The position numbers and the translations under genes are program-made. From Auanema rhodensis (lineage: Eukaryota > Animalia > Nematoda): a stretch of DNA of 64,000 nucleotides. Below are positions 1-10,133 of the stretch, piece after piece. The notes beneath the pieces are model-generated. The model was given only the letters and a program-made list of their open reading frames with translations, made no database searches and was not told where the DNA came from. The stretch's first letter is position 1; every line of letters begins with the position of its first letter. The stretch is taken from positions 26,722,001 to 26,786,000 of the forward strand of contig OZ059900.1 of the NCBI GenBank assembly GCA_964057225.1, in the 5' to 3' direction.

Positions 1-323
1 TCTATGAATAAGTCTAAGCATGAGATTTATGACTAAGCATATGACTAAGTCTAAGCATGAGATCTATGACTAAGTCTAAGCATGAGATCTATGACTAAGT
101 CTAAGCATGAGATCTATGACTAAGTCTAAGCATGAGATTTATGACTAAGTCTAAGCATGAGATCTATGACTAAGTCTAAGCATGAGATCTATGACTAAGT
201 CTAAGCATGAGATCTATGACTAAGTCTAAGCATGAGATCTATGACTAAGTCTAAGCATGAGATCTATGACTAAGTCTAAGCATGAGATCTATGACTAAGT
301 TTAAGCATGAGATCTATGACTAA
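1..323 (-). repeat. 25-bp telomere-variant tandem repeat (G-strand GCTTAGACTTAGTCATAGATCTCAT), ~13 copies, runs off the window start
   Basis: Unit ATGAGATCTATGACTAAGTCTAAGC repeats with a 25-bp period; it contains two degenerate TTAGGC units and grades directly into canonical GCCTAA repeats. Confidence 0.95.
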
Positions 324-338
324 GCCTAAGCCTAAGCC
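320..338 (-). repeat. Short canonical nematode telomere tract (TTAGGC)x3
   Basis: CTAAGCCTAAGCCTAAGCC on the + strand. Confidence 0.9.
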
Positions 339-474
339 ATATGGAATAACTGAACCCATATGGAATAACTGAACCCATAGGAATAACTGAACCCATATTG
401 AATAACTGAACCCATATCGAATAACTGAACCCATATGGAATAACTGAACCCATATCGAATAACTGAACCCATAT
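338..474. repeat. 19-bp tandem repeat CATATGGAATAACTGAACC, 7 copies
   Basis: Units start at 338, 357, 376 (18 bp), 394, 413, 432 and 451. Confidence 0.95.
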
Positions 475-1729
475 TTTCGATATCACTATGCGAACATATG
501 TTAAATTGAGTAAAGGAAAGTATTGGATTTGTAGGGACAAAAATCTCGTACTGTCTGAGGAAACAGTTGTTTATCCTTCAAATTCAATTAGATTAGATTC
601 AATGATAATAGTAAAGGATACCTGTGTTTACAATTTAAAGCAGGAATCTGTTGTTGCCATTATTGTTAGGAAGCCGACAATTGTCAGATTAGGCTGGTTG
701 TTAGGAAATAGTTTAACAGAAATAGGAAAAACATTCAGCATGAAGTTGGATCTAACCTTTTTCTCACTTATGGAAGGAGGTTCTGCTTTTTACTACTTTG
801 GTGGTTTATGGTTTAAGTATGATAAAGATGATAGATTGCTCGGAGACCTTCCTTCAGAATGTAATTTAAAATTATTGGAGAATTTCGGACTCTCATCATT
901 CACAGGCATAGATTTAGGAATCGGGCCTGGCTCTTTATGGCATTATAACAAGAAAGAGTTCTTTGAAAGAGAAATGTCCAGATTCCCAAGTTTTGTTAAG
1001 ATATCTGAAGAAACCCAGAAATTGCTCAATTCAATACCAGACCAAATAATCAAAGTTGAAGATGAAAAGATAAAAGAGCTGTGAGATTTAATGAAAATAT
1101 TGAGTTTTGACCCACCATCTGATTTAAATATGGATATAACAAAACCTCCTGGTTTAGTGGATGATTGGAACAATGATGATTCACTAGACAGGAAGGAAAT
1201 GAAATCAATTGAAAGAACATTTACCAACATAGAGGTAGCAATTGCGAGAGTTGAAGTACCCATGACTGGAAGCTGTAAGTTTATTAGTAATGATGAAAGG
1301 CCACTATTTGAGGATTCTAATGATAAAATCGGGAAGTGGAGCTGTTCATTTTGCAAAGTGAATTTTAATAGAGGAAATTGCTGGGCATGCCATAAGAATC
1401 CATATGGAAAAAATCACTTTCCTGTCTTGCTTTTCACAGAAGAGCACAGAATTGAGCTTAAGACTGGCATTGCCATTAAGATGATTGGAGATAGCATAAC
1501 TTGGTTCAGTCATGACAATTGCCTGCTCATACAAGATTCACACTCAGTATCAGCACAGATTGATGGGAGAATTGTTGAGTTGAGTGAGGATTGGAGACAA
1601 ATAGTGAACATATCGTCTTGTGAATTGGAAAGAAGGATTATATTAATGGATAGGATAAATTGGAGAAAACACTTTGCGTTTTTGTTCAGAAGTGATGAGG
1701 GGGGGGGGATTTTTTTCATTTCAAATTAA
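473..1729 (+). pseudogene. Single ~410-codon intronless reading frame broken by one TGA (1082-1084); unknown protein with a C4 zinc-finger motif, possibly virus-derived
   Basis: ORFs 488-1084 and 1091-1729 are in the same frame (KIKEL*DLMKIL), and the frame stays open back to the 19-bp repeat. Motif WSCSFCKVNFNRGNCWAC has RanBP2-like spacing. GC is higher than the flanks. The frame ends in a G-run at ~1698-1708 that runs into a repeat. Confidence 0.55.
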
Positions 1730-2882
1730 AGAAAAAATATCTAAATTTACAATTGATACATATTATTCAAAAAGGTTTTTGAAATGCAAACAAAAATGCT
1801 TTCTAAATTTTCTTGTATTAATTATTATTATTCTAGTATTTTTTCCGTTAAACAGAATTTATTAACTATCTGACAATATTCGATCATGTTCTAATATCTG
1901 AAGTATATTAGAGTGAGATGATTAAACAATTCAGAAAAAAAATATATATATACAAAAACAGAACATTTAATAAGCAGTTTTTAGCATGAAAAAAATGTAT
2001 TAACCGAACAAATTTATATGCTTTATATATATATGTGTCTGTGTGTGGGTGTGTGGGTGTTCGTTTTATGACTCTATCATTTTTTTCTTTGCTATAAGCA
2101 TGATAGTTTTACGTTTATATGTTACATTTAATTTATTGTTTGTTGTAAATCTTATAATTTTGCCATAAGGCATATAAAAATTTGAGAAGAAAACCTAAAA
2201 TATAACAAACAATTATTGATGTTCATTATTATTTAATACTTATAGTAAACATATACTTTTTGTCGTCATAAATGTTGTTTTCAATAATGTAAAAGTCAGA
2301 AAAAAGATGAAGATATGATAGACACTTTAATTATTTACTCATAGATTCATGCATTGATATATTAACACAAATTAATATTTATATGATAGAAAAATGAGAA
2401 CATTAAAAAAAAAGAAGAAGAAAAATTATATACACAGATCATGGTATTTTTAATTTATTTCAGGTCATAAATTTTTTTTATCTTGTTTGGAAGAATAATA
2501 AATTATTTGTTTGCGAAAAAAAAAGAGTGATAAACATAGTATAGTCTCTAAACCATACATATTTTTTGCCATTAGGTGAATAACTGACTTATTATTAATA
2601 ATCTAATGAAAACTTTTTGAAAAATTATTACGCTGAGAGTGTAAATTTATCGATCTAGTTTAGAAAAAATTAAATTTTTAGTTGAGTTTAAACCAGGAAT
2701 GCTTGATTAGTTATTCCATCAATTTTGCATTTCTACATTTCAAATTAATGAAAAAATATCTAAATTTACAATTGATACATATTATTCAAAAAGGTTTTTG
2801 AAAAGCAAACAAAAATGCTTTCTAAATTTTCTTGTATTAATTATTATTATTCTAGTATTTTTTCCGTTAAACAGAATTTATT
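1717..2882 (+). repeat. Direct duplication of ~147 bp (1717-1863 and 2736-2882)
   Basis: CATTTCAAATTAA...CCGTTAAACAGAATTTATT occurs twice at a 1019-bp offset with about 2 mismatches. Confidence 0.9.
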
Positions 2883-2886
2883 TTTC

Positions 2887-3490
2887 GAGGACGAGCATTT
2901 TTAGTAGGACGGGGATGTCGCAGTTGGCTATAATCATCTAGCTATGTTTTATGTGGAATATATAACGTATAATTATCCACAAACACAGTCAAAAGACTGT
3001 AAAATAAAAAAGAAAAGAAAACAAATGAAAAAGAAGAATTAATTGAAAAAATATAAAAAACAAAAACAGACTTCGACCGATTAAAATAAATCACAAATAT
3101 CTTATATCAACAATTTTAGGTAAACAATTTATCTTATCACTAATCTTAGATGTGCACAGCTGATAATTCTAAATACGGTAACTGATCTTGGCAACATGCC
3201 CAAAGTTGTAACTTTGTTAGAAGTCGTCTAAATGAAAATAAGAATGTTATTCGTGCTCGTCGTTGCAAGACGAGTTCAACTGTACTACATTCATGTAGTT
3301 AACTATATAAGTATGTGATTTTATATGATATAGGTTTTATCAATATTTCACATACTTTTATGATAAATAAGTTTCAACGAAATGTACAGAGTGTTTGTGG
3401 ATAATTATACGTTATATATTCTACATAAAACATAGCTAGATGATTATAGCCAACTGCGACATCCCCGTCCTACTGAAAATTCTCGTCCTC
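2887..3490. mobile_element. Non-autonomous DNA transposon (MITE), ~600 bp with ~100-bp TIRs
   Basis: GAGGACGAGCATTTTTAGTAGGACGGGGATGTCGCAGTTGGC...CACAAACAC (2887-~2986) is the reverse complement of 3391-3490. There is no coding capacity and the TSD is not clear. Confidence 0.85.
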
Positions 3491-3509
3491 TAAATTAAAT
3501 TTTCAATTT

Positions 3510-4060
3510 TAATCAAAATATTATCATTGTTAGTACCAATATATTATGGACTTGTTCTAACAATTTAATTTCATCTTGAAAGTATTTTATTTCAGAGACA
3601 GAGATTTTTAAATTTGTAGCTATTTCAGCTTATTTTTTCTCAGCTTTGACTCTAGGTCTACAGCCAATTTTAGTATGATTTAAAATCATTTCTTGAGCAA
3701 AAGATAGAATGTTATCTATATTACTCTTAAATTTTTCAAAATTAAAAGGTAGTCTTACCTCGTTCATTTCGATATCCAGTTCCTCACTTATAATGGAGAA
3801 AAAAAATTTGATTTCTTCTCAAAATCAAAAATTAGAGAAAGTTAATAACTTTCTCATTTCTTTCTCAAATACTTCCAAAAGTTAATTAACACTTAGAAAG
3901 TGCTAAAAAAAATTTTTTTTTCCGGAGCTGTTTAAGCAAGAAAAGATAAACTTACTTACTACAGTCCTCCTTCACTTTGGTTTCTTTTAAACATAACTTG
4001 CTACTTCTGGCAAGTGAAATAAGGCCCCTTTTACATTCTTCTAACTGGGGAGAAAACACA
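3510..4060 (-). pseudogene. Degraded intron-containing coding remnant, product unknown
   Basis: The minus strand reads SEELDIEMNEVRLPFNFEKFKSNIDNILSFAQEMILNHTKIGCRPRVKAEKK*AEIATNLKISVSEIKYFQDEIKLLEQ with an internal stop. A GTAAGT...AAACAG intron-like stretch lies at ~3928-3959. Confidence 0.35.
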
Positions 4061-4131
4061 TGATACAGGCAATATACATATTAATTATGGATAAAACGGA
4101 TAAAACAAAATGGCACAGGTGGCTGATAGCA

Positions 4132-4388
4132 TTAAACAGATGAATTTAAGACCTCCATGTATTTAACTGGTGGAAGTTCACCTCTAACATCCATAGCTTC
4201 CATCTCTTTTGCGAAGATTCTATGTCGAATCGACATCGTAAAGGCCACTTGGTAATAAACTAAGTTTAGCCGGGATGCCCCATATTTATCAATTAAAGCA
4301 TTCTCTGGAAGAGAGAGGTTCATAGTCCACCTATCCTGGAGTCTTAACCTAGCCAAGTAAATGGAATCTCTAACCATCTTTTGGTCCT
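4132..4388 (-). pseudogene. 5'-truncated coding fragment (C-terminus of an unknown protein), cut at a telomere-like junction
   Basis: 81-aa ORF; the frame stays open upstream of the Met (QDQK-MVRDS) up to the GGCTTAGGCTTA junction at 4389. Confidence 0.4.
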
Positions 4389-4760
4389 GGCTTAGGCTTA
4401 ACTATCAAACTTTGGTTCAGGTATATCGAGCTTAGGCTTAATTATCGAACTCAGACTTAGGTATATCAAGCATAAAAAGCTTTTCCAAAATTAGGCTTTT
4501 TTCATCTTTGAGCTTATGCATATTCCGATTAAGGCTCATGCTTCGAGAAAGGCCTAGATTAAATCAGATTTATATTGATTTAGATTTTGTCATAAAGTTC
4601 TGGAAGAACAATCTGTACTTAATGTAATTTTCAATCTTCTTCAACAATCTACAATCTGTACTTAATGTAATTTTAATGTAATTGATGTACATCTCCAGCG
4701 AATCTCAAATAAATATCAAACTAGTTCTTGACTAAACAACAGAAGGTTTTCCCTTGACCA

Positions 4761-4960
4761 TGGAATGTTCTAGAATATTTTAGAATATTCAGGAATGTTC
4801 TAGAGTGTTCTAGAATGTTATGGAATGTTCTGGAATGTTTTAGAATATTCAGGAATGTTCTAGAATGTTCTAGAATGTTCTGGAATGTTCTAGAATGTTC
4901 TAGAATGTTTTAAAATAATCTGGAATATTTTAGAATATTCTCGAATGGAATAGAATGTTC
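4761..4960. promoter_or_regulatory. 10-bp tandem array (TAGAATGTTC) x20 forming contiguous heat-shock-element (nGAAnnTTCn) matches
   Basis: GAATGTTCTAGAATGTTC is a perfect alternating nGAAn array. Function is not shown. Confidence 0.6.
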
Positions 4961-5294
4961 CTTTTATTAATTTTGTAATAATATAGAACAATCAATAGTT
5001 ACATTATGTATTATGTAATTGCAGATTAGAAGAAAGTCTGAAGTAAATCAATAGTCACATGATGGATTTCGTAATTGTTAATCAAAAGTACATCTCAAGT
5101 AAATATCAAGTAAATCAATAGTCACATGATGGATTTCGTAATTGTTCATCAAAAGTACATCTCAAATAAATCTCAAGTAAATCTCAGACTAGATATCAAG
5201 TAAACAACAAGAGGTTTTCACTTGACCATGGAATATTCTCGAATGGAATAGAATGTTCCCTTTATTAATTTTGTAATAATATAGAACAATCAAT

Positions 5295-6280
5295 AGCTAC
5301 ATTATGTATTTTGTAATTGCAGATTAGAAGAAAGTTTGAAGTAAATCAATAGTCACATGATGGATTTCGTAATTGTTAATCAAAAGTACATCTCAAGTAA
5401 ATATCAAGTAAATCTCAAACTAGATATCATGTAAACAACAAGTAAGTCTCAAGTAAATCTCAAGTAAATCTCAAACTAGATATCATGTAAACAACAAGTA
5501 ACTCTCAAGTAAATCTCAAGTAAATCTCAAACTAGATCTCATGTAAACAACAAGTAAATCTCAAGTAAATCTCAAGTAAATCAATAGTCACATGATGGAT
5601 TTCGTAATTGTTAATCAATAGTACATCTCAAGTAAATATCAAGTAAATCTCGAACTAGCTCTCATGTAAACAACAAGTAAATCTCAAGTAAATCTCAAAC
5701 TAGATCTCATGTAAACAACAAGTAAATCTCAAGTAAATCTCAAGTAAATCAATAGTCACATGATGGATTTCGTAATTGTTAATCAATAGTACATCTCAAG
5801 TAAATCTCAAGTAAATCTCAAACTAGATATCATGTAAACAACAAGTAAATCTCAAGTAAATCTCAAGTTAATCTCAAACTAGATATCATGTAAACAACAA
5901 GTATATCTCAAGTAAATCTCAAACTAGATCTCATGTAAACAACAAGTAAATCTCAAGTAAATCTCAAACTAGATCTCATGTAAACAACAAGTAAATCTCA
6001 AGTAAATCTCAAACTAGATATCATGTAAACAACAAGTAAATCTCAAGTAAATCAATAGTCACATGATGGATTTTGTAATTGTTAATCAAAAGTACATCTC
6101 AAGTAAATATCAAGTAAATCTCAAACTAACTCTATTGTAAACAACAAGTAAATCTCAAGTAAATCTCAAGTAAATCAATAGTCACATGATGGATTTCGTA
6201 ATTGTTAATCAAAAGTACATCTCAAGTAAATATCAAGTAAATCTCAAACTAGATCTCATGTAAACAACAAGTAAATCTCA
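5295..6280 (+). repeat. Spacer of the foldback, built from 11-bp AAGTAAATCTC units and longer composite units
   Basis: Recurrent AAGTAAATCTC, CAAACTAGATCTCATGTAAACAAC and AATCAATAGTCACATGATGGATTTCGTAATTG blocks. Confidence 0.9.
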
Positions 6281-6614
6281 ATTGATTGTTCTATATTATT
6301 ACAAAATTAATAAAGGGAACATTCTATTCCATTCGAGAATATTCCATGGTCAAGTGAAAACCTCTTGTTGTTTACTTGATATCTAGTCTGAGATTTACTT
6401 GAGATTTATTTGAGATGTACTTTTGATGAACAATTACGAAATCCATCATGTGACTATTGATTTACTTGATATTTACTTGAGATGTACTTTTGATTAACAA
6501 TTACGAAATCCATCATGTGACTATTGATTTACTTCAGACTTTCTTCTAATCTGCAATTACATAATACATAATGTAACTATTGATTGTTCTATATTATTAC
6601 AAAATTAATAAAAG

Positions 6615-6814
6615 GAACATTCTATTCCATTCGAGAATATTCTAAAATATTCCAGATTATTTTAAAACATTCTAGAACATTCTAGAACATTCCAGAACAT
6701 TCTAGAACATTCTAGAACATTCCTGAATATTCTAAAACATTCCAGAACATTCCATAACATTCTAGAACACTCTAGAACATTCCTGAATATTCTAAAATAT
6801 TCTAGAACATTCCA
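6615..6814. promoter_or_regulatory. Second HSE-like array (mirror copy in the right arm)
   Basis: (GAACATTCTA)n, the reverse complement of 4761-4960. Confidence 0.6.
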
Positions 6815-7751
6815 TGGTCAAGGGAAAACCTTCTGTTGTTTAGTCAAGAACTAGTTTGATATTTATTTGAGATTCGCTGGAGATGTACATCAATTACATT
6901 AAAATTACATTAAGTACAGATTGTAGATTGTTGAAGAAGATTGAAAATTACATTAAGTACAGATTGTTCTTCCAGAACTTTATGACAAAATCTAAATCAA
7001 TATAAATCTGATTTAATCTAGGCCTTTCTCGAAGCATGAGCCTTAATCGGAATATGCATAAGCTCAAAGATGAAAAAAGCCTAATTTTGGAAAAGCTTTT
7101 TATGTTTGATATACCTAAGTCTGAGTTCGATAATTTAATATATGATAGTTAAGCCTAAGCTCGATTTACCTAAGCTAGAGTTTGATAGTTATGCCTTAAG
7201 CCAAATTTTGTTTCCATTTCAAGTGAAATTGTTTTCGAAGATTCTGGAACTTCTAGAACATTCGATAGTTTTTCAGAAAGTTCATAAACTTATTTTGATC
7301 CCGATAACTGGAACTTAAATATGCAGCAGAATCAGCAACATCAACTTCTCGCTTTCCTTTTATTTATTGCATTTTGTTTCATATTATTTTATATTATAGT
7401 AATGTAAATTACGTTTATAAATATTAAAAATTTTCTTCTTCTAGAACTTTCGATTGTTTTCCAGAAATTCATTTTTTTATTATTTCTCTTTACTGTTCCT
7501 TTATCCAAGCTTAAATCAATATTCGCGTAAGTTGCAATCGGGGGCTAAAACGGTGATGACTCAAGCGCCTTTGGCCATCCCACGGTTTCTGGGAAGATGT
7601 CGCCCAGGATAAGGCATGAATCATCCTCCTACAGCTTTAACCTTCCCACTCACAACATCTCGGGTATTCATAATCTGAACCCGCCCCCCCAAACATCTCT
7701 CTGCTTCTTTTTACCTCCTTCCGCTCCATAGTATCTTGCCTCCTCGGGTTA

Positions 7752-7760
7752 GTATATAAG
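7752..7760 (+). promoter_or_regulatory. Candidate TATA box GTATATAAG
   Basis: Matches the nematode GTATAWWAG consensus; it follows a locally GC-richer stretch and lies ~100 bp before the nucleoprotein-like frame. Confidence 0.3.
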
Positions 7761-7861
7761 CCGAGCCAATTTATCGTTTCTTCATGTGTTAAAGTATCAA
7801 CCAGTTGTGCTGCCTTCCTCCTATTCCTATCGTTCTTGTATTTTAATTTATCCTTGGCTGA

Positions 7862-8485
7862 ATAAACTTCAATGCCGAATCTTTGATTTCGGTCATAACA
7901 GAAAAATTGAATAAAGGAGGTAAGAAATCTGGGACGTTGTCAACAATAGCCGATGCCCTCAGTACTACTTCATACAGTAGGATGAAAACTACAATAGAGT
8001 ATGTCTGCGATAACCTCAAATCATCTGTACTAACCAACAAGCTTTATTTGATGGCCGTCATTCTGATTAGATTGTTATTCAAATCAGATTCTCATGTGTT
8101 GAAACAGCTGGGTTCAGAAAATCAGCAGCCCCTTTTACCAGGATTTCCAACGGTTGAACAACACAAGTTGTACCTCCTGAAAGAACAGCTCAAACCGCAC
8201 ACTCCTCTCCTCGGATATTTTCTGACTTTATGCGATGCTGCAGCGAAGTCATCTGACACGTCTGGTTTAAACAAGCCCCAAGCTGACTTTTTTGCTAGAT
8301 TTTTCAGAGTGAGGTGTGCCTACTACGGGACTACGGCAGTTTCTATTTTCATGTCCGTTAGAAGTGCGGAAATTTTCCGTTGTCCTGAGTTCAATCGTAG
8401 GCTTCTGTCTAAGATGACGAGGTCTAGCTTTCAAAAGGTTATGGTTGCCTTGAGGACGAATCAGAACAAAGATCATCCAATATAG
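7862..8485 (+). pseudogene. Endogenous viral element: rhabdovirus-like nucleoprotein internal fragment
   Basis: YLMAVILIRLLFKSDSHVLK and RCAYYGTTAVSIF...LLSKMTRSSFQKVMVALRT resemble the A-x-x-L-x-RL-x-x-KS and S-x-T-G-M-H-A-x-x-L-F blocks of plant-rhabdovirus/varicosavirus N (recalled, not searched). It is intronless, lacks an ATG at the frame start, and its 3' end is cut by the 42-bp array. Confidence 0.55.
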
Positions 8486-10114
8486 CTAAGCCTAAGCTCA
8501 AAGATCAATATCTAAGCCTTAATATAGCTAAGCCTAAGCTCAAAGATCAATATCTAAGCCTTAATATAGCTAAGCCTAAGCTCAAAGATCAATATCTAAG
8601 CCTCAATATAGCTAAGCCTAAGCTCAAAGATCAATATCTAAGCCTCAATATAGCTAAGCCTAAGCTCAAAGATCAATATCTAAGCCTCAATATAGCTAAG
8701 CCTAAGCTCAAAGATCAATATCTAAGCCTCAATATAGCTAAGCCTAAGCTCAAAGATCAATATCTAAGCCTCAATATAGCTAAGCCTAACCTCAAAGATC
8801 AATATCTAAGCCTTAATATAGCTAAGCCTAAGCTCAAAGATCAATATCTAAGCCTTAATATAGCTAAGCCTAAGCTCAAAGATCAATATCTAAGCCTCAA
8901 TATAGCTAAGCCTAAGCTCAAAGATCAATATCTAAGCCTCAATATAGCTAAGCCTAAGCTCAAAGATCAATATCTAAGCCTCAATATAGCTAAGCCTAAG
9001 CTCAAAGATCAATATCTAAGCCTCAATATAGCTAAGCCTAAGCTCAAAGATCAATATCTAAGCCTCAATATAGCTAAGCCTAAGCTCAAAGATCAATATC
9101 TAAGCCTCAATATAGCTAAGCCTAAGCTCAAAGATCAATATCTAAGCCTCAATATAGCTAAGCCTAAGCTCAAAGATCAATATCTAAGCCTCAATATAGC
9201 TAAGCCTAAGCTCAAAGATCAATATCTAAGCCTCAATATAGCTAAGCCTAAGCTCAAAGATCAATATCTAAGCCTCAATATAGCTAAGCCTAAGCTCAAA
9301 GATCAATATCTAAGCCTCAATATAGCTAAGCCTAAGCTCAAAGATCAATATCTAAGCCTCAATATAGCTAAGCCTAAGCTCAAAGATCAATATCTAAGCC
9401 TCAATATAGCTAAGCCTAAGCTCAAAGATCAATATCTAAGCCTCAATATAGCTAAGCCTAAGCTCAAAGATCAATATCTAAGCCTCAATATAGCTAAGCC
9501 TAAGCTCAAAGATCAATATCTAAGCCTCAATATAGCTAAGCCTAAGCTCAAAGATCAATATCTAAGCCTCAATATAGCTAAGCCTAAGCTCAAAGATCAA
9601 TATCTAAGCCTCAATATAGCTAAGCCTAAGCTCAAAGATCAATATCTAAGCCTCAATATAGCTAAGCCTAAGCTCAAAGATCAATATCTAAGCCTCAATA
9701 TAGCTAAGCCTAAGCTCAAAGATCAATATCTAAGCCTCAATATAGCTAAGCCTAAGCTCAAAGATCAATATCTAAGCCTCAATATAGCTAAGCCTAAGCT
9801 CAAAGATCAATATCTAAGCCTCAATATAGCTAAGCCTAAGCTCAAAGATCAATATCTAAGCCTCGATATAGCTAAGCCTAAGCTCAAAGATCAATATCTA
9901 AGCCTCAATATAGCTAAGCCTAAGCTCAAAGATCAATATCTAAGCCTCAATATAGCTAAGCCTAAGCTCAAAGATCAATATCTAAGCCTCAATATAGCTA
10001 AGCCTAAGCTCAAAGATCAATATCTAAGCCTCAATATAGCTAAGCCTAAGCTCAAAGATCAATATCTAAGCCTCAATATAGCTAAGCCTAAGCTCAAAGA
10101 TCAATATCTAAGCC
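8479..10114 (-). repeat. 42-bp telomere-variant tandem repeat, ~39 nearly identical copies
   Basis: Unit AATATAGCTAAGCCTAAGCTCAAAGATCAATATCTAAGCCTC; the G-strand contains GGCTTAG and GCTTAGGCTTAG. Confidence 0.97.
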
Positions 10115-10133
10115 CCGAATAAATTATATATAG

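Larger units (their letters stand above)
4389..7202. repeat. 2.8-kb foldback structure: ~900-bp inverted arms (4389-5294 / 6281-7202) with telomere-variant outer ends
   Basis: The arms are near-identical reverse complements. Both outer ends start GGCTTA and contain GAGCTTAGGCTTAA. No TSD is visible and the flanks are unrelated. Confidence 0.92.

Noticed and set aside
943-1719. Minus-strand ORFs overlapping longer frames (also 7843-8040, 8267-8476, 58019-58398, and plus-strand 59978-60670)
   Set aside because: Shadow ORFs opposite longer, better-supported reading frames.
1717-2882. 147-bp direct repeats as LTRs of a TRIM
   Set aside because: No TG...CA termini, PBS, PPT or TSD seen.
8479-10114. 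CRISPR-like array (also 1-474 and the 176-bp array)
   Set aside because: Pure tandem repeats with no unique spacers and no cas genes, in a eukaryotic context.
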